Shown piece after piece: positions 31,086-43,200 of a stretch of 64,000 bases of DNA (positions within the stretch are counted from its first letter, which is position 1; every line of letters begins with the position of its first letter). Location: positions 310,001 to 374,000 of the forward strand of contig JAANOX010000241.1 of NCBI GenBank assembly GCA_020184695.1, read 5' to 3'. The DNA comes from Histomonas meleagridis 2922-C6/04-290x (lineage: Eukaryota > Protista > Parabasalia). The position numbers and the translations under genes were made by a program. The notes under the pieces were generated by a model. It was not told where the DNA came from. It saw only the letters and a list, made by a program, of their open reading frames with translations, and ran no database searches.

Positions 31086-31727
31086 GTTCTTTTAACTTTG
31101 AAATAACATTATCCCATTCTATGATTATAACACATTCAATTTTTATCACAGAAACAATTGCATTATGTAACGTTACCACAAACACTGTTACATTATCTTT
31201 TGTAAATTCTACATTTGCAATGATTAATACAATACTAATATACTATGAATATACTGTTGTCCAATATTCTGCTTATTTATCATATTATTCTGATTTTTTC
31301 ACATTATTAAAGCAAAATGAGAATAATGATGAAACAGACAATAAAAATAACACAACCATCATTATCATTGGTGTATGCGTTGGAATTGTAGTAATTTTAA
31401 TTGTTATTACGTTAATTGTTGTTTTTCTTGTTAAAAGGCAAAAGAACAATAGTTTAGATGAAGAAGGTAATATGGAAGAAATTAATTTGAACAACAAAGA
31501 TATTTCCATGAATAACAATACTGCAAGTGGAAATATTCAAAATATAGACGAAGACCCATTTGCAGATGACTTCAAAGAAGAAAATAATATCTTTTCGAAT
31601 CTGTAAATTTTACTTTCTTTTGAATAAAATATTTTTAAATGTATCGTTCTTTTTGCTGAAAAAAACGTTTAAATTCCCTATCGTTAGAATTTATGCCCTC
31701 GTTTAATAACCGTCCTGCCAACTTCAA

Positions 31728-32546
31728 ATGAGGCGTTTTGTTGCTGAAGGAAAAATTTTCGACAGAATTTCGAAATCTGTTTGTGAAGGCCCAATCCCCG
31801 AGGATTGGGTTCAACCGTTTTTCTTCAAAGCAAGTAGTAATCTTTTATATCAAAATCGATCAGGTCCATGTGGTCTTTTTGCAGCAGTTCAGTCATATAT
31901 TCATATATACACTAAAAATAGAACAGATATAGAAAATAGTGTTCTTCTGTTAAACGCAATTCTTGAAATTATGGATAACATTAGACATGCTTATGTTATT
32001 TGCACCAATGTTGACCATGCAAATCACCGCGTAGAATGGTATGCAACCAATGATAGATCAATGGCAGCTGAATATATCAATACTAACAAATGGCTTTCAG
32101 AATCAAATGCAACAATTTTGTTTATTTACTCCATTGCAATACTAGTTGGTCCTGTTTGGCTTAATCATTTCTCAATGGGAGAACCATTCATTACAAATGA
32201 TGGTAATACGAATTTAACATTTGTATTATTGTTGATATCAGGAGAAATCCTTGATTCTTACAACGATGGCTTCGAAACAGACTCTGGAATGGTCATTAAA
32301 GGAGCAACTAAACCCCAAAGAGTAGGTTTTGTTTCAAATAATCAAGAAATGCAAGCAGTTGGGAATTTCTTCAAAAACCCAACTGAAGGCATTTGGATTG
32401 CTTTTAACGGAGTGCACTTTACCACAATTGTCAAAATGTCAAGTGGTGTATTCTTACAAGTTGATTCATTGTCACATTATTCATATTTCAATCCTGTGGT
32501 AAGCACTAATGTTTATTATTCTCAACTTGTTCATGGTAGACCATAA
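31728..32546 (+). CDS. MINDY-3/4 family (DUF4205) deubiquitinase
   Basis: QNRSGPCGLFAAVQ (catalytic Cys motif, compare Q..GGPCGVLA.VQ) and IWIAFNGVHFT (catalytic His). Confidence 0.8.
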   Translation: MRRFVAEGKIFDRISKSVCEGPIPEDWVQPFFFKASSNLLYQNRSGPCGLFAAVQSYIHIYTKNRTDIENSVLLLNAILEIMDNIRHAYVICTNVDHANHRVEWYATNDRSMAAEYINTNKWLSESNATILFIYSIAILVGPVWLNHFSMGEPFITNDGNTNLTFVLLLISGEILDSYNDGFETDSGMVIKGATKPQRVGFVSNNQEMQAVGNFFKNPTEGIWIAFNGVHFTTIVKMSSGVFLQVDSLSHYSYFNPVVSTNVYYSQLVHGRP

Positions 32547-32698
32547 AAATGAGACTAGATCTAAATTAAAAAATTGAAATCTTTTTGGAAATAAAATGTA
32601 TTGTGTCAATTTTTCATAAGCTATTGAATTTATATAACGTTTTTGTGTGAATTTTTTCACATATTCAGTGAAATGCAATAAACGGCCATTCTTGATTT

Positions 32699-33013
32699 AT
32701 GCTTTCAGGGAATTACCAGGATGAAAATGATCCCCAAGACGGAAGCAGAAATCAAAATCTTTACCCACACAGAACTACGGCATATCTCACGAAATACGAG
32801 AAAGCCAGAGTACTTGGAACAAGAGCACTTCAGATATCACAAGGTGCACCTGTTGACCCAGATGTTGAAGGGGATTTAAAAGACCCTCTTCTTATAGCTG
32901 AAGTAGAGCTTCGTAAGAAGCTTACGCCACTAATTATCCGTCGATACTTACCTGACGGAACATATGAAGACGTTGCTGTTAGAAACCTGTTAACATTTGA
33001 AAAGTCAACATAG
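32699..33013 (+). CDS. RPB6: RNA polymerase I/II/III common subunit RPABC2
   Basis: [22 protein letters not shown]...[25 protein letters not shown]. Confidence 0.97.
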   Translation: MLSGNYQDENDPQDGSRNQNLYPHRTTAYLTKYEKARVLGTRALQISQGAPVDPDVEGDLKDPLLIAEVELRKKLTPLIIRRYLPDGTYEDVAVRNLLTFEKST

Positions 33014-33127
33014 TAATAAACATCAGATACCATAATAATATTTATCTATATATAAAAAAACAAAAGAAAGTTCTTCTTTTGCATAAGATAAAACCGCAAG
33101 TTCAATTCAAAAAGTTGAATGACCAAA

Positions 33128-35872
33128 CTAGAAATTCCCATCAACAAAATCAATTAAGGATTTTAACCTCTTAAGGTTCTCTTCTAACGCAACAGCATTC
33201 TTCTTCATCTCGTTAGTGTACTCTTTCATCTTTTTAATTTTCTCTTTTCTTTCAATATAACCTTTTGATTCTTCATCAAAGGTTTCCATTAATGATTTAA
33301 GCTTTTTCTGACTCTCTATTTCATCTTCAGTATCAAGTTTCTGTGAAAGAAATTCATTTGCTTGACTAAACATTGATTTCAAATTATTTGCACATTTCAT
33401 CATTTTTTCAGAAAGTTCTTCTTCTACAATTTTTTCTTCTTCTTCTTCATCTCTGTCAGGTATTTCATCCAACAGTGATTGATTTATTAACAATTTTTCT
33501 GATATGTCATCATCAGATAACGAACGTATTTGAGTTTCATCTTCAATGTCAATGTTTTCTTCTTTCACTTCGACCTTTGGTGACTTCTTAGGTGATTTTG
33601 CAGGTGGCATTGGAGGTAATCGAATATCGAATATTTCATCGGTTTCTGATATTTGATTATTTTTACTTTTCGTTAGCGAACTTATGATAACTTTATCAAT
33701 TGTATCGCCTTCGTTATCTCTAGTTTCGTTTTCAATAGGTAATTTTTGTTCAGAATCTTCTTCTTCATAATTAGCGTTCTCATCTTTTTGTTCTGAGTCA
33801 ATTTCGACTTGATATTCTTGATTGTCGAACTTTGATATTGTTTCTCCACTTGCCCTGATGTAGCTGCACGAAAGTCGAACTGATTCATCTTTGTTTTGTT
33901 TGTTGTCAAATTCTTCTAGTGTTAGAAGTGATAATGGATTCGGATTCATTGGTCGTTTTTCAAGTTCATTTCGAAGTTCTGTTGGCATATTCCATCTGAT
34001 TAAACATCCCGTAAATGTGGAAAGTAAAAGATCGCCTTCATGAAAAGCTATAGATGTAACTACTCCACAAGAATGCGAAAAGTGAAGAACTGTTTCGCCA
34101 GAAATTGTATCAAGTAATAATACATTTCCATTACTCATCGCAACTGCGATAACTAAACAGCTTGGATGAATAGCACAACAAACTGGATAATCTGTATGAG
34201 AGATGTTGAATTGCCTAAAGATTTTGTACGTTGATGTACAATATAATGTGAGATTTTGATCAATACAACATGCTACAATAAGTTGTGGTCGATCTAGATA
34301 ACTAAGGTGAAGGATAGAGTGATTTTCATCTGATGCAATTACATTAAATGAATCTGTTTTAATGAATTTGATTCCATTAAGCGATGAAGCAGCAACTAAA
34401 CGTTCGCCCGCAAAAATGACAGATAAAAGCGGTTTATCTGAAATTTTGACTTTTTGAACTAATGTAAACTTGAGCAAGTCGAAGTCAACATCATAAAAAT
34501 GAAGTACTCCATCGCCACCAGCAGTAACTAGAACATTTGAATTAACAGCAATGTCCATCACAGAATCATTGCTATCCATAAATGACTTTAGTAAAACGAA
34601 GTTATCAATCGAAATCACATGTAAATATCCGTCGTTATCTCCAACAACAACAAAATTATTACAAACAGTACAACATCTTATACCACAAATCTGGTTGATG
34701 TAATCTTTCTGTTGATTCTGTATTTTCAAACATGATATTAAAGATTGTGAACTCTTTGATATTAATTCAGCCTTTCTTTGTAATTCCCACATTCTAACAG
34801 TACCATCACTACCACAAGTAATCACATTATTAGTACTTGGAACAATAAATATTTTGTTAATTGGTCCTCTATGGTTCGATAAAGTAAGTACAGGCGAACG
34901 ATTTGATGAGAAATCTTTTTTCCAAATCAACAAATGGCCATCTTCATATGAGCAGATAACATATTTCAATGTCACGCCGACGGCTTTAATCTCTGAGTTT
35001 ACGTCGGTGAACTTCCCTATGACTTTGTGTTTGTTTCCCTCTTTTTTGAGTACGAATAAAATTCCTTGTGAAGTACCGCATAAAATAATTTCACCATCGA
35101 AGCCAAGCGCTGTTGTTTCGCCTCGATTAAGTTTAATTGGTGTTAAGATTAAAGGTGTTTTAGAGTCAAATGAGTTAATCGTTGACTCAAAATAACAAAG
35201 AGTTCCATCATTAGTGAGCGTATAGAGTGAAAATGGTGTTGTTGTGCTAAAACAAGCATCAAGAAAATTGAATTTATGATAAGCACCAATGTTGGCATTA
35301 CGAGAACGTAATAAAATAGGATTTGATTGAGTGGTTTGAGGAATTTGAAAAATTTTTAGATATGAATTACCTGATGCAATGGCAAGACTACAATCAGATG
35401 TCATTGCTACTTTGTTGGGAATAGATCGGAGATGATAATATGCTATTGGTTTGGGTCGTGGGAGTGAAAGATCCCAAATTATTAAATATGGATTGGAATC
35501 AATTCCAACTGATATAAGCTTGTTTTTTTCAGAATTATAGGAGAGACAAGAAAAGCCTCGTTCTTTCGTTGGAATTATTTTTTCGGATATTAATTGATCA
35601 AAGTTTGGCGAAAAATTCAATAAAAAAAGTCGAGAGTCTGTGCCTTTTTCACCAACAGCTAAACAACTTCCTGATTGTGAAAATGATATTGCTGAAATTT
35701 CACGACATGTTTCATCAACAACAATATCAATTTTTTCTTGTGTTTCACAAATTATAATTGATATATAACATTGAGAAACAAAAGCGCATGCATCTCTTGC
35801 AAAATTTACATCAAAATTATTTGGATGAATTGGATTTGTTCCAATAATTTTGTCAAGAATTGGAGACTTCAT
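33128..35872 (-). CDS. Multi-WD40 protein, WDR62/MAPKBP1-like, with an acidic/coiled-coil tail
   Basis: ISAISFSQSGSCLAVGE; several GH...WD-type repeats (NHRGPINK...GSDGTVRMWE); C-terminal heptads. Confidence 0.75.
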   Translation of the reverse strand: MKSPILDKIIGTNPIHPNNFDVNFARDACAFVSQCYISIIICETQEKIDIVVDETCREISAISFSQSGSCLAVGEKGTDSRLFLLNFSPNFDQLISEKIIPTKERGFSCLSYNSEKNKLISVGIDSNPYLIIWDLSLPRPKPIAYYHLRSIPNKVAMTSDCSLAIASGNSYLKIFQIPQTTQSNPILLRSRNANIGAYHKFNFLDACFSTTTPFSLYTLTNDGTLCYFESTINSFDSKTPLILTPIKLNRGETTALGFDGEIILCGTSQGILFVLKKEGNKHKVIGKFTDVNSEIKAVGVTLKYVICSYEDGHLLIWKKDFSSNRSPVLTLSNHRGPINKIFIVPSTNNVITCGSDGTVRMWELQRKAELISKSSQSLISCLKIQNQQKDYINQICGIRCCTVCNNFVVVGDNDGYLHVISIDNFVLLKSFMDSNDSVMDIAVNSNVLVTAGGDGVLHFYDVDFDLLKFTLVQKVKISDKPLLSVIFAGERLVAASSLNGIKFIKTDSFNVIASDENHSILHLSYLDRPQLIVACCIDQNLTLYCTSTYKIFRQFNISHTDYPVCCAIHPSCLVIAVAMSNGNVLLLDTISGETVLHFSHSCGVVTSIAFHEGDLLLSTFTGCLIRWNMPTELRNELEKRPMNPNPLSLLTLEEFDNKQNKDESVRLSCSYIRASGETISKFDNQEYQVEIDSEQKDENANYEEEDSEQKLPIENETRDNEGDTIDKVIISSLTKSKNNQISETDEIFDIRLPPMPPAKSPKKSPKVEVKEENIDIEDETQIRSLSDDDISEKLLINQSLLDEIPDRDEEEEEKIVEEELSEKMMKCANNLKSMFSQANEFLSQKLDTEDEIESQKKLKSLMETFDEESKGYIERKEKIKKMKEYTNEMKKNAVALEENLKRLKSLIDFVDGNF

Positions 35873-36145
35873 CTAAAAAAACGATTATATTGGGGTGGTC
35901 CATATGATCGTTCAATATTATACTTTACTGATGTTATTCTTGGAGATTTCACCATTATTAAATCCAACAAACATTTATTTTTAGAATTTTTATCATTTTT
36001 AAAAAACATATTATACATTTTTTTTATAGATTATTTCTCAGAAAAATATTGATTGCCATCTATAAATATTATTTAACACAAACTAATATACCTAATTAAA
36101 GCCTTTATTAAAATCATATTGATTAGATTTTATTATTGATAAATT

Positions 36146-37309
36146 TTATTTAAAAGATTTAGCACTTGGTTGTTCAATGGTAGGCTCATTTCTAACAAAA
36201 ACATTTTCATCAAAAGCGTTCTGATGATTATTTCCTGGCATAAAAACTCTTGCCTGAACAACAACTGATTTAATATAAGGGATTAACATACTTTTAGAAG
36301 CCTTTGGATCTATTGCTGCATTAAGCATATTGCATAATGCTGCGAACAATTGTCTTAACTCTGAATCATGTGGAAGCTTTAACATATTTGGTGATAAATT
36401 TGTGTATATTTGTTTTAATGAATCAATTAATTCATCATATTGTTGTGTTCTTGGTACTTGTATAAGTGTTTGCACTTTGGAAACAATTTCTTGTAGTGAG
36501 TTACATCCAAGTATGTTTCCAAGAGAAGAAATGAAATTAAATTGACCATTTTGAAGTTCTTGTAAAGAATTCTGTAGTTCTTCAATTGTACTTTGTAATT
36601 CTTTATTCATTGATTCTGTTTGTTGATTTTGCGCTTTGAGGTCTTCAATTTCCTTATTAAGGTTATCAATTATTTCGAGATTGGCTTGAGATTCTTTGGC
36701 ATCATTTTCTGTGGGTTCTTGAATTTGTGGTTGAGGTTCTTTGTTTCTGGCTTCTTGTAGCTTTGTATGAAGGATTTCAAATTTTGATTTAGCTTCTTGC
36801 TTAAGTTGTTTGATTTGCACTTTTGATGCATCATACTTCTCTTGAAGTTTCTGATTCATTTCTGTAAGCAACGCCACCTGCTCTGTGTTAAATTCTAAAT
36901 CGCTTTGAAGTGAAAATATTTTGTTATTTAAATTTTTGATTTCGACTTCTGGACTTGAGGGTGATTTAGGAGACATGGGAACAGATCTTACTTGAGTTTG
37001 TTTAAGCTTTATTTTTAGATTGCGTTTTTGAGATAATAATTTAAGCAATCTCGATTTTAGCTCAATATTTTCCTTTTCTGTTTCATTTAATATATTATCA
37101 TAGAACATAAATAAGGGAGATTCTATTTCAGCAACTTCTTGTATTGGACTTGTTGATAACTGTTGGATTTGTTCTTTCAAGTTTTGAATTTGTTGCTGGT
37201 ATTCCTGAATTTTTTCATCTTTCATCAAGTTTAATTTCTTTTCAGTATCTAGCTCTGTTTGAAGAGAAAGAATTTGATCATCAGGTATTGGCTCGTTTTC
37301 TCCTTCCAT
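36146..37309 (-). CDS. Coiled-coil hypothetical protein
   Basis: Q/E/K-rich heptads; first ATG (MEGENE) at 37309. Confidence 0.7.
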   Translation of the reverse strand: MEGENEPIPDDQILSLQTELDTEKKLNLMKDEKIQEYQQQIQNLKEQIQQLSTSPIQEVAEIESPLFMFYDNILNETEKENIELKSRLLKLLSQKRNLKIKLKQTQVRSVPMSPKSPSSPEVEIKNLNNKIFSLQSDLEFNTEQVALLTEMNQKLQEKYDASKVQIKQLKQEAKSKFEILHTKLQEARNKEPQPQIQEPTENDAKESQANLEIIDNLNKEIEDLKAQNQQTESMNKELQSTIEELQNSLQELQNGQFNFISSLGNILGCNSLQEIVSKVQTLIQVPRTQQYDELIDSLKQIYTNLSPNMLKLPHDSELRQLFAALCNMLNAAIDPKASKSMLIPYIKSVVVQARVFMPGNNHQNAFDENVFVRNEPTIEQPSAKSFK

Positions 37310-37411
37310 GTGTTGACTGCCGTTTATAATTTTTTTTTTTTCAAACGGCGCCAAAATATTAGACAGACTTTGTCAATGATATTCAAGTAAATTTGGTGTT
37401 ATCAAAAATCC

Positions 37412-37482
37412 GTGGGCAAACGATAGACAAATTGAATGATTGGGAAAATGTTTTCCACAGAAAAAAACTATCGTCATTCTGA
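37412..37482. repeat. Dispersed repeat of about 72 bp, copy 1
   Basis: GTGGGCAAACGATAGACAAATT..ATGAT...GTTTTCCACA.AAAAA.C.ATCG..TCATTCTGA, shared with 47109-47183. Confidence 0.85.
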
Positions 37483-37638
37483 AATCTCTATTATTATGGT
37501 GTCATTAACAGTAATGTTCAATTTCTCTAATCGATCTTTAAATATTTTTCTTTTTTCTGATCATTATTTCTTATTATGACGAATAGTTTAAAAAAATTTA
37601 GATTAAATGAGTTCTTTTTACTTATCCAACAAAATTAT

Positions 37639-39810
37639 TTACTTCGGGGATCGAATTATTACATTACATCCAGGAGTCACCCAAATTGGTTTCGCCAAAG
37701 CCTTACCAGTGAATGAATTATCCTCGCACACACCACTCGACACTCCTGTGTAAAGAATAGTTCCACTGGAGCCGCATTGTATTTGGTTTGCTCTTGCATC
37801 GATATTCGATTGACCATCGATAGCTATTGCATAATCATATTCACCATTAATAGTATTGCCATCAAGTGAACCCTTAGTGAAAGCCTTTATGTATATAACT
37901 CTTTGTTTGTTTGGATCTGATTTTGATTTCGGCAATACGTTTGAAATTTTATTATTAAAGAAATGCACGTCCGAATTATCTTTAACATATAAAACAGCTC
38001 TATTCTTGAACAATTCATTCGATTCGATAGTTAAATGTGCATATTCTCCATTAATCGCAAAGCTTGAAGCATGTGAAATTTTATTTTGACGAATTGTTGC
38101 CGTCGAATTTTTCACTTTTAAGGTGGAATATAGAAATGTGTTTTCTTCGAAAGTAACATTTGATTTGTTTAATATATCAACATGTTGAGTTGATTTATCG
38201 CCGAATTTTGTTGACGCATGATTCATAGATGTTAATCTAATAACAGAATTATCGACACTTGATATTGTCATTGAATTAGAATTAATAATACATTCATCAA
38301 TAACCATTTGTTTGGTGGACTCGAAAAAGAGGCCGCCTTGTTTATTCTTATGAAATACAGAAGTTTGAAACTTCGCATCTCGACAAGATAAAACTGTAAC
38401 TCCATAACCTTCGTTCTCATTAAAGAAATTATGATTACAGATAACCATACTTTCGGTATCGGCGGATAATCCATCGCCTCCAGATTTAAGGAAATTACAA
38501 TTCGTTAATTCGACCCATGAATGATCATCAGCATAAAAATTGGTGTCTTTGTTACCTCGAAATTCACATGATTTACCTGTGAGCTTCGAATTTGTTAATA
38601 ATACTCCAAAATATTTACAGTCATCAATAATGGTATCATTTAAACGTAAAGTTGATCCATTACCTGCTTCAATTCCATGTCGTTGACTTTTAGTAATTCG
38701 ACATTTTGTAGCATTAAAGAAACTCTTTTCATCACATAAAATACAACTACTCGATGAATTAGATATCCACGTTTCTGTTAACTCTAAACTTCCTTGTGAT
38801 AATACTTCACATCCTGTATGACCACAATTAACGATTGAACAGTCAGTAATTTTCGCTTGTGCATCATTTGCTACTATAAGTGCTGCTTGTTCACATGATA
38901 TGAATCGAATACATTGTCCATTAAGTCCTGAAAATCCATGTACTAATATACCGACTCCATGTATACCTGTAACAATTGTATTATTTATTGTAAATTGGGA
39001 ACGTTCTCGAATTGTTAACCCAACATTTGATGAGCCTTGAATTGTGGTATTAAGGATTTTAACATTAGAGCCGATACATTCTATCGTTGGCCCATCGTGC
39101 CCATCAAGTACACAATGACTAAAAGTGGCTTCGGACTTACAAAAAGTGAGGGTGCCGTTTAATGTAGAGTTCAGAAAAGTCAGTGATGTTGTGATGGGGG
39201 TTTCGATGATGTGTTGTGCCGTACATGTACATCCGATCATTTCAACAGTAGCAGTGGATGTTAAGACTATGATTGGTCTTGTTTGAGATACATTACTAAT
39301 AACACATTTGGAAAGTGCTAGATGTCCTCGATTTAATGTAAAGATCTCACTATCAGATGTTATTTCAAATCCTTCAAGTGTAAGAAGTGAAGACCTAAGT
39401 ATAAAATGTATGTTATCAAGTTTGACATTTCCTTTGGCAACAAAATGTAATGGAACATTTATTGTGAGTTGTTCTGTATAAGTGCCTGAAGAAATAAGAA
39501 TAGTACTATTTTCTGGCGCTGTTTCAATTGCAGATGATATAGTTTTGTTTTTGGAATGTGATGAAACTGAAATAACATTTTTATTTGAAAATAATGTATT
39601 ACTATCTGGTGCATTAGTTTGTGCAATTTTAAGTGATGGTTCAGGAATTGAGTTGATTTCTTGAGGAACAAGATCAGATATTGTATGTTCACTAGTTGTT
39701 GTAGTTGTGTCAAGTGCTTTTTTGATTTTCTGTAATGTTTCCTCTTCTTCTTCAGTAAGTGGTTGAGGACTTGCTCTTAAAAGTGAAATAAGGTGAGGGA
39801 GATCATCCAT
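37639..39810 (-). CDS. Right-handed parallel beta-helix (pectin-lyase-like/CASH) repeat protein
   Basis: TISSAIETAPENSTILISSGTYTEQL followed by repeated I.nc.i.ns...Gi motifs. Confidence 0.8.
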   Translation of the reverse strand: MDDLPHLISLLRASPQPLTEEEEETLQKIKKALDTTTTTSEHTISDLVPQEINSIPEPSLKIAQTNAPDSNTLFSNKNVISVSSHSKNKTISSAIETAPENSTILISSGTYTEQLTINVPLHFVAKGNVKLDNIHFILRSSLLTLEGFEITSDSEIFTLNRGHLALSKCVISNVSQTRPIIVLTSTATVEMIGCTCTAQHIIETPITTSLTFLNSTLNGTLTFCKSEATFSHCVLDGHDGPTIECIGSNVKILNTTIQGSSNVGLTIRERSQFTINNTIVTGIHGVGILVHGFSGLNGQCIRFISCEQAALIVANDAQAKITDCSIVNCGHTGCEVLSQGSLELTETWISNSSSSCILCDEKSFFNATKCRITKSQRHGIEAGNGSTLRLNDTIIDDCKYFGVLLTNSKLTGKSCEFRGNKDTNFYADDHSWVELTNCNFLKSGGDGLSADTESMVICNHNFFNENEGYGVTVLSCRDAKFQTSVFHKNKQGGLFFESTKQMVIDECIINSNSMTISSVDNSVIRLTSMNHASTKFGDKSTQHVDILNKSNVTFEENTFLYSTLKVKNSTATIRQNKISHASSFAINGEYAHLTIESNELFKNRAVLYVKDNSDVHFFNNKISNVLPKSKSDPNKQRVIYIKAFTKGSLDGNTINGEYDYAIAIDGQSNIDARANQIQCGSSGTILYTGVSSGVCEDNSFTGKALAKPIWVTPGCNVIIRSPK

Positions 39811-40234
39811 TTTTTATTTTGCATTTAGGGTGCCCCAGGAAATGTTTTTTTGTTATAGGAATAATTATCAAGCAAGTAATCTTTCCCATTTGCTTTTCAT
39901 GATGCCTTTTTAGTTTTCCTAAAGATTTGATTTTTGTAATTAAAATTGTTATAGTTAAAATAATTTTCCAAAATTATCAATATATTGATCAAAATAACAA
40001 ATGAAATGACAAATAAAGAAAAATAGTAACACGTTCATTTGCTTCAAATTTATGTTGGAATTAATGCGATTCTATTTAATCACATTATTTGTATATTAAC
40101 AAAAATAACAGCGAAAACAAACGTTTAGCATCAAGAACTTTACCAGCTTTGGAAAATATATGATCTAACTCGAATTTACTATCCAATTTGAATTTTTTAA
40201 GAAAAAGAAAAAAATCTTTAAACGGTCTTAATCA

Positions 40235-43200
40235 ATGAATGAAAGCCAAATGCAAGAGTTCTTAACTGTACAAAAGATTTACAGTAATTTGTCAATAGAA
40301 ATGAGTTCTTCTGACTCTATAAATGTTACTTTTTCAAATTTAGTGACAACTATTGTGATTCAATTTCAATTTCCACCGAATTATCCTCAAGAAATATTAA
40401 CATGGAAAATTGTTGATGAAGGAAATTTAGATAAATTCGAGATAGAAAGGCTTTCCAAAAAAATTAATCAACAACTTCAAATTACAAAAGGATTTTGTTC
40501 ACTTTCTCCACTCATTTCATTGATACTTTCTGTTCTTCAAAATGGAATGAGCACTATGTATCAATCACCATCCATGCCACAAATCAAAAAAAAGACAAAA
40601 AAAGCACAACAAGAAAATGTCATTTCCAATTTTGACGAATATCAATTGTTTTTCTTTTACAAGGCGCTTGAAGCAAGAGGAAAGAACCAAGAAAGTGAAC
40701 AAACTTTAGATAGCTGTATTGCTTGTTTACAAGATCTTGGATTTCTCACATCAAAAAAGCCAATTTCTTATTATCAAGAAATGTTCCAAAAGATCACAAA
40801 TATTCTATCAAATCATTCAGAGACACTTCCATCCATCCGTGACATGATTACTGCCAAAAATATTGTTTATGCAGAAAACCCAAGTGCCATTTCTCATTCT
40901 CGTTTTTTCAAACTTTTTACCATAGCTGATTCTCTCGGTCATGGAGGATATGGAAGTGTAATCAAAGCGATAAATAATTTCGACCAAAATATTTATGCGG
41001 TAAAATGTGTTCCTATCACAGAAGAAGATAGTGAAGAATCTCTTAAGCGAGAATGTAAAATTCTTTCTTGTATTGAACATCGTTATGTTGTTCGTTATTA
41101 TTCTTCATGGATTGATACGTGTACACCAGCAGCTGCAAAAGAAATATATGAAACGTTTCACTTCGGTGATGATGATCTTTATGATTCATTAACAGCAACT
41201 GTGAGAGTTGATTCAACAACAGAAACTGTTAAATATTGGGATGATGAAACTCAACCTTTAAGGCCTAAAAGCGAAGACAGTGATGGTGGAGGTGATGAAG
41301 ATGATGAAAGTGACGGAAATATCGTTTTTGGTCCAAGTTCATTTTCGTTTCATTCTGATGATTTTTACTTCGACGATACATCAAATGAATACTTTACAGG
41401 AGACGATGACTACATATCGTTTGATCATGGAGAAAATCTTGAAGAAGACTTACATAATTCTGAAGAAGAAGAAGAATCAATAAAAGAAGAAGAGGAAGAG
41501 GAAGAAGAATATGAACCACAAAAACTTATCTTTAACCAAAATATGCGTTTCTTATTTATGCAAATGGAATATTGTTCAGGACGAAGTCTTGATGAAATTC
41601 TTTTTCATGATGAATCTTTCTTTAAGGATCCTAATCGTCAATGGAAAATCACTCGACAAATTCTTGAAGGTTTACAATATCTTCATGAATTAGGAATTAT
41701 ACATAGGGATATGAAACCATCCAACATATTCATTGATGAGTTTGGTAATGCTAAAATTGGTGATTTTGGTCTTTCTCGATTACAAAAACGAGTTGAAGGC
41801 GACCGTTTAAAGACGAATTTTGAAAATCCATCATTACTTGAAGAAGAAGCGTCGGCGACAGGCATACAGGGTTCATTCCCATATACTGCGCCAGAAGTAA
41901 TGCGTGGCGCTCCATATAATACAAGTAGTGACATGTATTCATTTGGAATTATTTTATTTGAAATCTGGTGCAGATTTTCTACAATGAGTGAACGAGCGCG
42001 AATCCTACGGAATCTTGTTAACGATCATGTTGTCCCAACAGAGTGGGCCGAAAGATATCCAATAATTGAACAAATTGTTTCAAGTTTAATTTCAAGTGAG
42101 AAACGACCATCAGCACGAGAGCTACTCCAAAGTCGTTCCATCCCATTAATAACAGTCAAACTTACCACAGAGAACATCAGTGATTTATTAGTAGCAATCT
42201 CCTCAGTTGATATTCAGCAAAGTCAAGCTGCTAATGATGTCCTTGAGTCATTGTTTTCGGAGACCCGAAAGAAGCAGTTTTTAGTTGACAATCAACCAAG
42301 CATCACACAAAAAGAATTCGAAACGAACTCTTTACTTAAAACGACAATTTTAGAATCGTTTACAGAGAACTTACGATTGTTTGGCGGCTCATTATTTAAG
42401 TCACCAATTGTTGAACCACTTACGACTGCCAGTTCGAATGGGATTAAGTTAATGTTAAACAATGGAAGTCTTTATGCGTTAAAGTCATCACCATGGGAAT
42501 ACATGTTTAAAGAAATCCTTAAAAACAATATAACGCATTCACGATATGGACAAATATTAAGTTTATATGAAGAACATATTGAAGAACCAAAAACATTTTT
42601 AACATATGATATTGTTAATGTTAATAATAATGAAAATGATATTACGCAACTTCTTGAATGCATCGAATTTATCAAAGATTTCATCAGTAAAATCGACGAA
42701 AACTTTAAACTTCAATTAATAATATCGAATCAACAACTTACAATTGATTATTATCATGACAAAATGAACATAAATGAAATCAAAGAGAAATGTAATGATA
42801 TAAATAATAACAAAATCATAAAATTATCAGAAATATCGAATCAAATTAAAGGAAAAGATATTACTGATGACTTCATATCGATTATAAATAACTTAAACTT
42901 ATGTGAAAATTGTGTTTTTGATTTGTTTTCTCCTTTTCTATTCGATTATAATGGAATATCAATTCGAGTTCTGATTAATGATATATTAATATGTCGAATT
43001 GGTTTATTAAGAAATGATTTCATTAAACAATTACAAAGTCTCGATCGTTCCATTAATATAATTAATGAACCTTCGATCACAAGTTGTTTAATATATTTCC
43101 ATGAAATTTATAACATGATAAATACGAAACCAATTAAAAATAGAGATAAAATTCTCGTGATTCCCTATTGGAAACGTTTTGTGATCGAGAATAATAATAA

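Larger units (their letters stand above)
27195..31606 (+). pseudogene. BspA-like (LRR_5/TpLRR) surface protein gene disrupted by a MULE insertion, stops and frameshifts
   Basis: Signal-like MVKSLYFIILGLCFC at 27195. After 30075: SFYSCKKLRTVNFG, IIIPYSVTSIDEASFSECSSL, ITIPKSVTTIGWRPFIGC, LISYPAG; then a KSNTF-repeat stalk, a TM and a DEDPFADDF tail. Confidence 0.85.
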
